Shown here piece after piece: positions 30,980 to 39,435 of a DNA stretch of 64,000 nucleotides; the first letter of the stretch is position 1; each line of letters starts with the position of its first letter. The position numbers were made by a program, and so were the translations under genes. The stretch comes from Vicinamibacterales bacterium. GTDB taxonomy: Bacteria > Acidobacteriota > Vicinamibacteria > Vicinamibacterales > UBA8438. A model generated the notes under the pieces. The model was not told the origin of the DNA and ran no database searches. It saw only the letters and a list, made by a program, of their open reading frames with translations. The stretch covers positions 5,712,454 to 5,776,453 of the forward strand of contig OZ242003.1 in the NCBI GenBank assembly GCA_965204675.1, read 5' to 3'.

Positions 30980-33148
30980 ATGACGGACCGGGTGAACGCG
31001 GGCGGCCTCCAGGTCGACAAGGCGCTGTACGACTTCATCAACGACGAGGCGCTGCCGGGCACCGGCATCGCCCCCGAGGCGTTCTGGTCCGGCTTCGACC
31101 GCCTGGTGCACGACCTCGCGCCCCGCAACCGCGAGCTCCTCGACACCCGCGACGAGCTGCAGAGGCGCATCGACGCCTGGTACCGCGAGAACCGCGACCA
31201 GCCCATCGACCTCGACGAGTACAAGGCGGTCCTCCAGGAGATCGGCTACCTCGTGCCCGAGGGCGACGACTTCTCGGCCGAGACCGCCAACCTCGACCCC
31301 GAGATCTCGACCATCGCCGGCCCCCAGCTCGTCGTCCCCGTCACCAACCCGCGCTACGCCCTGAACGCCGCCAACGCCCGTTGGGGCAGCCTGTACGACG
31401 CCCTCTACGGCACCGACGCGATTCCCGAGGACGACGGCGCGGAGCGGGGCGGGGCCTACAACAAGGTGCGCGGCGACCGCGTGATCGCCCACGTGCGCGG
31501 GTTCCTCGACGAGGCGGCCCCCCTGGCCGCTGGCAGCCACGCCGACGTCACCGCCTACGCGGTCGCGGACGGGGCCCTCGCCGCCACCCTCGAGGACGGG
31601 CGCACCACCGGCCTCGCCGACCCGTCGCGGCTCGCGGGGCACCGCGGCGACGCGGGCGCCCCGTCGTCCGTCCTGCTGAAGAACAACGACCTGCACATCG
31701 ACATCGTGATCGACCGCGCCCACCCCGTGGGCCGCGACGACAAGGCCGGCGTCAGGGACGTCGTCCTCGAGGCCGCGACGACGACGATCATGGACCTCGA
31801 GGACTCGGTCTCCACCGTCGACGCCGAGGACAAGGTGGTCGCCTACCGCAACTGGCTCGGCCTCCTGAAGGGCGACCTGACGGACCGGTTCGAGAAGGGC
31901 GGCCGCCTGGTCGACCGCGCCCTCAACGCCGACCGCACCTACACCGCGCCGGACGGGTCGGAGACGACGCTCAAGGGCACCAGCCTGATGCTCATCCGCA
32001 ACGTCGGGCACCTGATGACCAACCCCGCGATCCTCGACCGCGACGGCAACGAGGCCCCCGAGGGGCTGCTCGACGCGATGATCTCGACCGTCATCGCCGT
32101 CCACGACCTCAAGAACCGGAAGAACAGCCGGGCCGGGTCCGTCTACATCGTCAAGCCCAAGATGCACGGCCCCGAGGAGGTCGCCTTCTGCGACCGGACC
32201 CTCGCCCAGGTCGAGGACATCCTGGGGCTCGACCGCCACACCCTGAAGATCGGCATCATGGACGAGGAGCGGCGGACCACCGTCAACCTCAAGGAGTGCA
32301 TTCGGGCCGCGAAAGACCGCGTGTTCTTCATCAACACCGGGTTCCTCGACCGCACCGGCGACGAGATGCACACCGCCATGGAGTCGGGCCCGATGATCCG
32401 CAAGGCGGAGATGAAGTCGGCCCCGTGGATGACCACCTACGAGGACTACAACGTCGACGTCGGCCTCGAGTGCGGCCTGCCCGGGCACGCCCAGATCGGC
32501 AAGGGCATGTGGGCCATGCCCGACCTCATGGCAGCCATGATGAAGGCCAAGATCGGCCACCCCCAGGCGGGCGCCAACACCGCCTGGGTGCCGTCCCCCA
32601 CCGCCGCCACCCTGCACGCCACCCACTACCACCAGGTCGACGTCAACGAGCGCCAGGAGGCCCTGAAGTCGCGCCCGCGCGCCGACCTCGACCGCATCCT
32701 CACCATTCCCCGCGAGGAGTCGCCCAACTGGTCGGCGGCCGAGATCCAGCAGGAGCTCGACAACAACGCCCAGGGCATCCTCGGCTACGTCGTGCGCTGG
32801 GTCGAGCAGGGCATCGGCTGCTCGAAGGTCCCCGACATCAACAACATCGGGCTCATGGAGGACCGCGCCACCCTGCGCATCTCCAGCCAGCACATCTGCA
32901 ACTGGCTGCACCATGGCGTCTGCACCGAGGCCCAGGTGCGCGAGACCCTGCAGCGCATGGCCGCCGTCGTCGACGGCCAGAACGCCGGCGACCCCAACTA
33001 CCGTCCCATGGCCCCCGACTTCGACGCAAGCGTGGCCTTCCAGGCCGCCTGCGACCTCATCTTCAAGGGCCGCGAGCAGCCGAACGGGTATACCGAGCCG
33101 ATCCTGCACGCAAGGCGGCAGGAGGCGAAGGCGAAGTTCGGGCGGTAG
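30980..33148 (+). CDS. glcB: Malate synthase G
   Basis: 722 aa with [72 protein letters not shown] and [16 protein letters not shown] at 30980 inside track ORF 30689..33148. Confidence 0.95.
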   Translation: MTDRVNAGGLQVDKALYDFINDEALPGTGIAPEAFWSGFDRLVHDLAPRNRELLDTRDELQRRIDAWYRENRDQPIDLDEYKAVLQEIGYLVPEGDDFSAETANLDPEISTIAGPQLVVPVTNPRYALNAANARWGSLYDALYGTDAIPEDDGAERGGAYNKVRGDRVIAHVRGFLDEAAPLAAGSHADVTAYAVADGALAATLEDGRTTGLADPSRLAGHRGDAGAPSSVLLKNNDLHIDIVIDRAHPVGRDDKAGVRDVVLEAATTTIMDLEDSVSTVDAEDKVVAYRNWLGLLKGDLTDRFEKGGRLVDRALNADRTYTAPDGSETTLKGTSLMLIRNVGHLMTNPAILDRDGNEAPEGLLDAMISTVIAVHDLKNRKNSRAGSVYIVKPKMHGPEEVAFCDRTLAQVEDILGLDRHTLKIGIMDEERRTTVNLKECIRAAKDRVFFINTGFLDRTGDEMHTAMESGPMIRKAEMKSAPWMTTYEDYNVDVGLECGLPGHAQIGKGMWAMPDLMAAMMKAKIGHPQAGANTAWVPSPTAATLHATHYHQVDVNERQEALKSRPRADLDRILTIPREESPNWSAAEIQQELDNNAQGILGYVVRWVEQGIGCSKVPDINNIGLMEDRATLRISSQHICNWLHHGVCTEAQVRETLQRMAAVVDGQNAGDPNYRPMAPDFDASVAFQAACDLIFKGREQPNGYTEPILHARRQEAKAKFGR

Positions 33149-33192
33149 GCGCGGGCGCACGGGCAGGTGAGGCGACGGCCGTCAAGGGCTGA

Positions 33193-33393
33193 CCCATTGC
33201 CGGCGCCATCGCCCGTGTGCGGCAGCGCGTGCTGGAAGGCGGGCACGACGTACCGGATACGGTCGTCCGCCGCCGCTTCCATGCCGGCTGGCGCAATTGG
33301 GGACGCACCTACAGGAACCTCGTGGACGAGTGGGCCGTCTACGACAACTCCGCACGTACTCCCGTGCTTGTGGCTGAGAAAGGCCGGTCATGA
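33193..33393 (+). pseudogene. C-terminal remnant of a zeta-toxin-like P-loop kinase (5-prime part, including the P-loop, is missing)
   Basis: The frame ending at TGA 33391-33393 reads PIAGAIARVRQRVLEGGHDVPDTVVRRRFHAGWRNWGRTYRNLVDEWAVYDNSARTPVLVAEKGRS. This matches the conserved C-terminal third of zeta-toxin-type ATPases. An in-frame stop lies at 33190-33192 and there is no start codon. Confidence 0.55.
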
Positions 33394-33923
33394 ATACGCC
33401 CGATCGAAGTACTCGCCGAGCGCCGATGCCCCGTAGCGCCGTCCTCGCGGGCGCACAAGCCGCCATGCACCGAGCGGCGCGACGCGCACACGAGCGAGCC
33501 GTGCAGACCGCAGCTCGAGACCGGACGACCGATCACGAACACGATGTCCAAGCCACGTGCGTCAACGTCACGATTCGCAACCCTACCGACCCGGACCGTG
33601 CCTGGAAAGGAACGTTCCTGGTCGACCCGGGCGCGACCGACTCGCTCGTCCCGCGCCCTCATCTAGCGGCCATCGGCCTCGGGCCGAAGGGCCATCGCGT
33701 CTACGAGCTGACGGACGGCCGCGAGCTCACCATGGAAATCACGACCGCGGACATCGAGTTCATGGGTGAGATCGGGGGCGGGACGATCCTCTTCGGCGAG
33801 GCTGACGCCGAACCTCTGCTGGGCGCAACCGCCCTGGCGTCCGCGGGGATCGAAGTCGACCCCGAGAATCACCGCCTGACCAGACGCGCCGCGGTGCGGC
33901 TCAAGGGTATCCAGCCAGTCTGA
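33390..33923 (+). CDS. Retropepsin-like (clan AA) aspartic protease domain protein with an unrelated Arg/Ala-rich N-terminal 55 aa
   Basis: VNVTIRNPTDPDRAWKGTFLVDPGATDSLVP ... EPLLGATALASAGIEVDPENHRL resembles prokaryotic retropepsin-like proteases. The ATG at 33390 overlaps the stop of the zeta remnant (ATGA). Confidence 0.6.
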   Translation: MNTPDRSTRRAPMPRSAVLAGAQAAMHRAARRAHERAVQTAARDRTTDHEHDVQATCVNVTIRNPTDPDRAWKGTFLVDPGATDSLVPRPHLAAIGLGPKGHRVYELTDGRELTMEITTADIEFMGEIGGGTILFGEADAEPLLGATALASAGIEVDPENHRLTRRAAVRLKGIQPV

Positions 33924-33979
33924 GCGGACGGCGCATGATCGAATGGACCGTCGTGTGCGCATGATGCTATTTTTGACCC

Positions 33980-34219
33980 ATGCGCCTGCACATAGCCTTG
34001 GACGCCGCGCTCGTGGAAGAGATCGACCGTCGCGCAGGTCCGCGGCGGCGAAGCGCGTTCATCGGCGAACTGATACAGCGCGGCCTCGACGACGAACGGC
34101 GCTGGGACGACATCGAAGCGGCGCTCGGCGGGTTGCCCGACAGCGGCCACGAGTGGGACGACGACCCCGCGGCGTGGGTGCGGCGACAGCGCTCCGCCGA
34201 CCCGCGTCGCACCGGTTGA
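33980..34219 (+). CDS. vapB: Ribbon-helix-helix antitoxin (VapB-type)
   Basis: MRLHIALDAALVEEIDRRAGPRRRSAFIGELIQRGL has the RHH fold pattern. Its stop is 3 nt before the PIN toxin gene. Confidence 0.75.
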   Translation: MRLHIALDAALVEEIDRRAGPRRRSAFIGELIQRGLDDERRWDDIEAALGGLPDSGHEWDDDPAAWVRRQRSADPRRTG

Positions 34220-34222
34220 CCG

Positions 34223-34615
34223 ATGGCCCGCCTGCTCCTCGACTCGACGGTGCTCATCGACGCCCTCCGCGGCCAGCCCGCCGCCGCTCGATTGGCCGCC
34301 CTGCGACGGGCCGGCACCGAGCCCTGGGCCTGCGTGATATCCGTCGAGGAGATATGGCGCGGCCTGCGACCCGCCGAGGAGACCGTCGCCCGCCGTCTGT
34401 TCAACGGCCTGCGACTGGCCCCGCTGGGGGTCGCCGAAGGAATGCGGGCCGGCGCATGGCGCCGGGAGTTCGCCCGCCGGGGGATAACCCTCCAGCAGGC
34501 CGATTGTCTGATCGCCGCGGCCGCGGCCGGGGTCAGCGCCGCACTGGCAACCGCGAACGTCGACGACTTCCCGATGGCAGAGATCAACGTTCAGCACTGG
34601 CCGACCGGCCAGTGA
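34223..34615 (+). CDS. vapC: PIN-domain ribonuclease toxin VapC
   Basis: MARLLLDSTVLIDAL (Asp 1), ISVEEIWRG (Glu), QQADCLIAAAA (Asp) and TANVDDF (Asp). Confidence 0.88.
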   Translation: MARLLLDSTVLIDALRGQPAAARLAALRRAGTEPWACVISVEEIWRGLRPAEETVARRLFNGLRLAPLGVAEGMRAGAWRREFARRGITLQQADCLIAAAAAGVSAALATANVDDFPMAEINVQHWPTGQ

Positions 34616-34667
34616 AGGCGAGAACGACGGAGATGACGCCAGCCGCCACGGTCGCAGAGTCGGGGCC

Positions 34668-35951
34668 ATGATCACCTCGCTTGAACTCGTCGACTTCAAG
34701 AACTTCGCCGACGAGAGGCTGAGCCTCGGCCCCTTCACCGTGATCGTGGGCGCGAACGCCAGCGGCAAGAGCAATATCCGCGACGCGTTCCGGTTTCTTC
34801 ACGGCATAGGCCGCGGCTACACCCTGGCCGAGATCCTGGGGGGCAGGTACGGACCAGGCGGTCAGGCCGAATGGACGTCGATTCGGGGCGCCCCCAACGA
34901 GATCGCGCGTCTGAAGCACCCCGACGGCGAAACCAGGTTTGCGCTGTCCGTCGGACTGCAGCTTGACGGCGAGGCCGTTCGGTACTTTATCGAAGTAGCA
35001 GAGGATCGCAAGAGCTCTGGTGGCTTCAAGGTATTCAACGAGGAACTCGAGGTCCAAGGCGAACAGATCTACACCAGTCGGCCGGATTCGCCCGATCCTG
35101 TAGGCGACCAGTTCGACCAAGCCCATTTGCTCCTTCGCATGGCAAAAGCGGGCAGGCAACGCAAACTTGGTGCTCGTGTCGACGTCAGACTCGATCAACC
35201 GGCCTTGACCCAAATCGGAGAGCACCATCGCGTGAGTCGCGCTCACAAGGACCACGCCAAGAGGGTCATGGACGCTTTGGCCAGCATGCGCTTTCTGGAT
35301 CTGATTCCGGATCGCATGCGACAACCCTCATTCCCGGGACAGACCATTCTGGGCGACGGTGGCGAAAATCTGCCGACCGTGCTGCGTGAAATCTGTACCG
35401 ATCCGAAGAGGCGGAAAACGCTGATCGGTTGGGTCCGCGCGCTGACGCCGATGGATGTCAGCGACTTCCAGTTTCCCGTGGACTCGATCACCGGCTTGGT
35501 CCGGCTGGTCGTGCACGAAAAAGACGGCAGAACCTGCTCCGCGTACAGCGCGTCCGATGGCACGCTACGATTTCTCGCCATGCTCGCGGCGCTTCTTGCA
35601 GACGATCCGACCGGCTTTTTTTTCTTCGAGGAAATCGACAACGGCATTCATCCCGCGCGGCAATGGCTGCTGCTGGAGTTGATCGAGAAACAAACGTCCA
35701 AGGGCGCGGTCCAGGTAGTCACCACCACCCACTCGCCGGGATTGCTGACATCGATTAACGACCGCACGTTCAGTAGCACCTCTCTCGTCTGCCGTCGCGA
35801 GGCCGCCACCGACGCCATCATCCGATCCGTGTCCGCACTGCCCAACGCGAAGAAGCTCCGAAAGACCCAGGGTCTTGACCGGCTGCTGGTCGGAGGCTGG
35901 ATGGAAGACATGATCGAGTTCACGGAGGCCGCCCGGGATACGGACACATGA
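34668..35951 (+). CDS. ABC/SMC-like AAA ATPase (AAA_15/AAA_21-type)
   Basis: Walker A GANASGKS (aa 28-35), signature-like SDGTLRFLAML (aa 296-306), Walker B FFFFEEIDNGIHP (aa 317-329) and H-loop TTTHSP (aa 352-357). GC content is visibly lower than in the backbone. Confidence 0.9.
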   Translation: MITSLELVDFKNFADERLSLGPFTVIVGANASGKSNIRDAFRFLHGIGRGYTLAEILGGRYGPGGQAEWTSIRGAPNEIARLKHPDGETRFALSVGLQLDGEAVRYFIEVAEDRKSSGGFKVFNEELEVQGEQIYTSRPDSPDPVGDQFDQAHLLLRMAKAGRQRKLGARVDVRLDQPALTQIGEHHRVSRAHKDHAKRVMDALASMRFLDLIPDRMRQPSFPGQTILGDGGENLPTVLREICTDPKRRKTLIGWVRALTPMDVSDFQFPVDSITGLVRLVVHEKDGRTCSAYSASDGTLRFLAMLAALLADDPTGFFFFEEIDNGIHPARQWLLLELIEKQTSKGAVQVVTTTHSPGLLTSINDRTFSSTSLVCRREAATDAIIRSVSALPNAKKLRKTQGLDRLLVGGWMEDMIEFTEAARDTDT

Positions 35952-36511
35952 CGGTACTCATCGTTCCGGAGGATTTTCGCAAGGACCAATTCATCCTGAA
36001 GCCGCTCTTTTCGAGACTTCTTGCATCGCTGGGTAAGCCGCACGCCACGGTGAGGGTCTGTGTGGACCCACTGCTGGGTGGGGTCGACGAAGCGCTGAAG
36101 GCGAAACGCATGGCCGACATCGTCCAGCGCTACGGCGGCAGGGTACAGGTCATCGTGCTGTGCATCGACCGCGACGGCAACACCGGGCGGCGCCAACGGC
36201 TCGATCAACTCGAAGAAACGCTCGGCGAGCGTTTTCTGGGCGCCGAGGCATGGGAGGAGGTCGAGACATGGGTCCTGGCCGGACTGAAACTTCCTGCCGA
36301 ATGGAAATGGGCGGACGTGCGGGCCGAGGTGCAGGTCAAGGAGCTGTACTTCAACGTGCTGGCGAAACAACGCGGCGTCGACGGTGGCCCCGATGGCGGG
36401 CGAAGTGAACTGGCAGGGGAAGCGGCGCGCCGCATCGACGCGGTCCGCCGGAAGTGCCCCGAGGACTTCGACGCCCTCGCCAGGCGACTCGAGGCCATCG
36501 TCCGCAACTGA
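35948..36511 (+). CDS. DUF4276/TOPRIM-like small partner protein (putative nuclease effector)
   Basis: The ATG at 35948 overlaps the ATPase stop (ATGA). Features are an N-terminal strand plus acidic VLIVPED, the central VLCIDRDGN (DxD), EEVETWVLA and the C-terminal RRKCPEDFDALARRLE. From memory these resemble the DUF4276 layout; the assignment needs an HMM search. Confidence 0.7.
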   Translation: MTVLIVPEDFRKDQFILKPLFSRLLASLGKPHATVRVCVDPLLGGVDEALKAKRMADIVQRYGGRVQVIVLCIDRDGNTGRRQRLDQLEETLGERFLGAEAWEEVETWVLAGLKLPAEWKWADVRAEVQVKELYFNVLAKQRGVDGGPDGGRSELAGEAARRIDAVRRKCPEDFDALARRLEAIVRN

Positions 36512-36608
36512 CGGGACTGCAGATGACCCCGAAGCCCCCTGGACCCCTGGCACCGCGTGATTGCCCGGCGCCCTTCCGGCCCGGGGGACGCACCGGCGTG
36601 GCCACGCG

Positions 36609-37403
36609 TCACGCCAGCAGCTCACCCCGCAGGATGGTGACCGCCTGCCCCGACAGCCGGACCCGGTCGCCGGCCACCGCGACCTTGACCACTCCACCGC
36701 GCGCCGACGCCTGCCACGCGGTGAACGCGTCGCGGCCGAGCCGGCGGCGCCAGTAGGGGCCGAGGCAGCAGTGCGCGGACCCCGTGACCGGGTCCTCGTC
36801 CACACCGGCGCGAGGGGCGAAGAAACGCGACACGAAGTCGAACCCCTCGGTCTCGCCGCGCGCGGTGACGATGACGCCGCGGACGGGCAGCCGCGCCAGT
36901 GCGCCGATGTCCGGGGCGAGCCTCCGCACCGTCGCCTCGGAATCGACCTCGACCAAGCAGTCGAAGCGGTTCCGGCCGAAGTGGACCGGCTCGGCGCCGA
37001 GCGCCTCGGCGAGCCCCTCGGGCACCGGCGCCGGCCGGGCCGGCTCCGCCGGGAAGTCCATCTCGATCCAGTCGCCGCGGCGCTCCGCCGACAGCCGGCC
37101 CGAGCGGGTGTGGAAGACGGCGGGAGCGGCCGGCGCGAGGTGTCGGTCCTCCCAGAGGACATGGGCGGCGGCCAGCGTCGCATGGCCGCACAGGTCCACC
37201 TCGACGGTCGGGGTGAACCACCGCAGGTCGTACCCGCCCGACTCGCGGCCCAGCAGGAACGCCGTCTCCGACAGGTTCATCTCGCGCGCGACCCGCTGCA
37301 TCCACGCCGCCTCCGCCGGCCGCGGCAGCACGCAGACGGCGGCCGGATTCCCGCCGAAGGGTTCGCAGGTGAAGGCGTCGACCTGGATGATCCTCAAGCT
37401 CAT
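36609..37403 (-). CDS. PhzF family isomerase
   Basis: MSLRIIQVDAFTCEPFGGNPAAVC, EMNLSETAFL, RWFTPTVEVDLCGHATLAAAHVL and EDPVTGSAHCCLGPYW. Confidence 0.9.
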   Translation of the reverse strand: MSLRIIQVDAFTCEPFGGNPAAVCVLPRPAEAAWMQRVAREMNLSETAFLLGRESGGYDLRWFTPTVEVDLCGHATLAAAHVLWEDRHLAPAAPAVFHTRSGRLSAERRGDWIEMDFPAEPARPAPVPEGLAEALGAEPVHFGRNRFDCLVEVDSEATVRRLAPDIGALARLPVRGVIVTARGETEGFDFVSRFFAPRAGVDEDPVTGSAHCCLGPYWRRRLGRDAFTAWQASARGGVVKVAVAGDRVRLSGQAVTILRGELLA

Positions 37404-37432
37404 GCTTTGACCACCTTCATAATGGAACGACC

Positions 37433-37801
37433 ATGAATAAGAGCAACTTCGCGCTGAGACTTCAGCCCGCGTTGCTGGAGGAGGTACGGAAGCTCGCCAA
37501 GGCGGAGGGCGTGGCGGTGAACCAGTTGATCAACGTCGCTGTCGCCGAGAAGCTGTCCGCGCTTCGAACCGAGCAGTACTTCACCGAGCGCGCGGCCCGA
37601 GGCGACATCCCGGCGGCACGTCGCATCCTCGCGCGGGCCGGCGTCGGTCAGCCTCCCGTGCCGGGCGAAGTGCCGCAGGCCCCGCCGTCAGAGCAGTGTC
37701 GGGTCGGGATGGACCGCATCACCCCGCCGCATCCTCGATCACGAACTCCGCCCCCTTCTCCGCGATCATCACCGTGGGCGCGTTGGTGTTGCCCGACGTG
37801 A
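37433..37801 (+). CDS. HicB/Arc-type ribbon-helix-helix antitoxin-like protein (orphan); 3-prime end probably over-extended
   Basis: [70 protein letters not shown] matches the RHH antitoxin family pattern. The last 35 aa or so run antisense into the GMC gene and are Pro/Arg-rich. Confidence 0.65.
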   Translation: MNKSNFALRLQPALLEEVRKLAKAEGVAVNQLINVAVAEKLSALRTEQYFTERAARGDIPAARRILARAGVGQPPVPGEVPQAPPSEQCRVGMDRITPPHPRSRTPPPSPRSSPWARWCCPT

Positions 37802-39317
37802 TGCGCGGCATGACCGAGGCGTCGATGACCCGCAGGCCGGCGACGCCGTGCACCGCGAGCCGGTCGTCGACGACGGCGAGAGGGTCGCGCCCCATCTTGC
37901 ACGTGCCGACCGGGTGGAAGATCGTCGTGCCGAGATCGCGTGCGGCGGCGGCGAGCGCCTCGTCGCTCTCAACGGCGGGGCCGGGCTTCCACTCCTCCGG
38001 CTCGAACCGGGCCAGGGCGTTGGCGGCCATGATGCGCCGCGTGAACCGCAGGCCGGCCACCGCGACCCGGAGGTCCTCGTCGGTGGACAGGTAGTTGAGG
38101 GTGATGGCCGGGGCCTGGAGCGGGTCCGGGGCCTTGATGCGGACGTGCCCGCGGCTGGTGGGCTGGAGGTTGGCGACCGACGGCGTGATCGCGTTGAACT
38201 CGTGCAGCGGGTCGCCGAACTTGTCGAGCGACAGCGGCTGCACGTGCCACTCCATGTTCGCCGACGCGCGGGACGGGTCGCTTCGGGCGAACGCCCCGAG
38301 CTGCGAGGGAGGCATCGTCAGCGGGCCCGTCTTGAACAGCAGGTACTCCAGCCCCATCGCCGCCTTGCCGAACAGCGAGTTCACCCGCAGGTTCAGGGTG
38401 ACGGTGTTCTTCACCTTGTAGATGGTGCGGATCTGCAGATGGTCGTGCAGGTTCTCGCCCACCCCGGCCAGGTCGTGGACGACGTCGATGCCGTGCGCCT
38501 GGAGCAGCGCTCCCGGACCGATGCCCGAGAGCTGCAGGATCTGCGGCGAGCCGATGGCCCCCGCGGCCAGGATGACCTCGCGCCGCGCCTCGAGCCGCTC
38601 GCCCCCCGGCAGCTCGACCCCCGTCGCGCGCGGGCCGACGTCGCCCGACTCGACCGCGATGCGCCGCACCTGCGCGCCGGTCCGGACGGTCAGGTTGGGC
38701 CGATGCATGACCGGCCGCAGGTACGCCTTCGTCCCGCTCCAGCGCCGGCCGGCGCGCTGGTTCATCTGGAAGTAGGCGTTGCCGAAGTTGTCGCCCCGGT
38801 TGAACTCGGCGATCTTGGGAATGCCGCACTCCTCGGCCGCGTCGCGCCACGCGTCGAGGATCTCCCAGCTCACCCGGCGCTCCTCGACCCGCATCTCGCC
38901 GCCGACCCCGTGGCACTCGTCGGCGCCGTGCTGGTAGTCCTCCGACCGCATGAACACCGGCAGCACGTCGTCCCAGCCCCAGCCGCGGTTGCCGAGCGAC
39001 GCCCAGTGGTCGTAGTCGCTCCGCTGCCCCCGCATGTAGATCATCGCGTTAATCGAGGAGCAACCGCCGAGGACGCGGCCGCGCGCGTACAGGATGGTCC
39101 GGCCGTTCAGGCCGGGGTCGGGCTCGATGCGGTAGCACCAGTCGGTGCGGGGGTTGCCGATGGTGTAGAGGTAGCCGACGGGGATGTCGATCCAGAAGTA
39201 GTCGTCCTTGCCCCCCGCCTCGAGCAGCAGCACGCTGGCGCCGGGGTCGGCCGACAGCCGGTTGGCGAGCACGCAGCCGGCGGTGCCCGCGCCGACGATG
39301 ACGTAGTCGTGAGTCAC
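37719..39317 (-). CDS. GMC family oxidoreductase (choline-dehydrogenase-like flavoprotein)
   Basis: [22 protein letters not shown] (FAD GxGxxG), [27 protein letters not shown] and [17 protein letters not shown]. Confidence 0.93.
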   Translation of the reverse strand: MTHDYVIVGAGTAGCVLANRLSADPGASVLLLEAGGKDDYFWIDIPVGYLYTIGNPRTDWCYRIEPDPGLNGRTILYARGRVLGGCSSINAMIYMRGQRSDYDHWASLGNRGWGWDDVLPVFMRSEDYQHGADECHGVGGEMRVEERRVSWEILDAWRDAAEECGIPKIAEFNRGDNFGNAYFQMNQRAGRRWSGTKAYLRPVMHRPNLTVRTGAQVRRIAVESGDVGPRATGVELPGGERLEARREVILAAGAIGSPQILQLSGIGPGALLQAHGIDVVHDLAGVGENLHDHLQIRTIYKVKNTVTLNLRVNSLFGKAAMGLEYLLFKTGPLTMPPSQLGAFARSDPSRASANMEWHVQPLSLDKFGDPLHEFNAITPSVANLQPTSRGHVRIKAPDPLQAPAITLNYLSTDEDLRVAVAGLRFTRRIMAANALARFEPEEWKPGPAVESDEALAAAARDLGTTIFHPVGTCKMGRDPLAVVDDRLAVHGVAGLRVIDASVMPRITSGNTNAPTVMIAEKGAEFVIEDAAG

Positions 39318-39328
39318 GCGGGGATCCT

Positions 39329-39435
39329 ACACGAGCGGATCCGGCAGCCGGCCTGTCACGACGTCCCCGGCACCCGCGTAGACCCCCGCACAACCAGCCC
39401 CACACGAGCGGATCCGGCAGCCGACCTGTCACGAC
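39329..39435. repeat. Two 34-bp direct repeats (1 mismatch) 73 bp apart, just upstream of the GMC oxidoreductase start
   Basis: acacgagcggatccggcagccggcctgtcacgac at 39329-39362 and acacgagcggatccggcagccgacctgtcacgac at 39402-39435. Confidence 0.85.

Noticed and set aside
29735-33160. 1141-aa minus-strand ORF, and 31381..33192 (plus, 603 aa)
   Set aside because: These are antisense or off-frame to malate synthase G, with biased composition.
33149-36609. Mobile genetic element boundaries (integrase, transposase, att repeats, tRNA target) for the islet
   Set aside because: No integrase or transposase ORF and no tRNA are present. I could not find matching direct repeats at the two edges, so I do not call a mobile element.
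37404-37432. TTGACC ... CATAAT pair upstream of the RHH gene as a sigma-70 promoter
   Set aside because: The two hexamers are only about 5 nt apart, far from the 16-18 nt spacing a -35/-10 pair requires.
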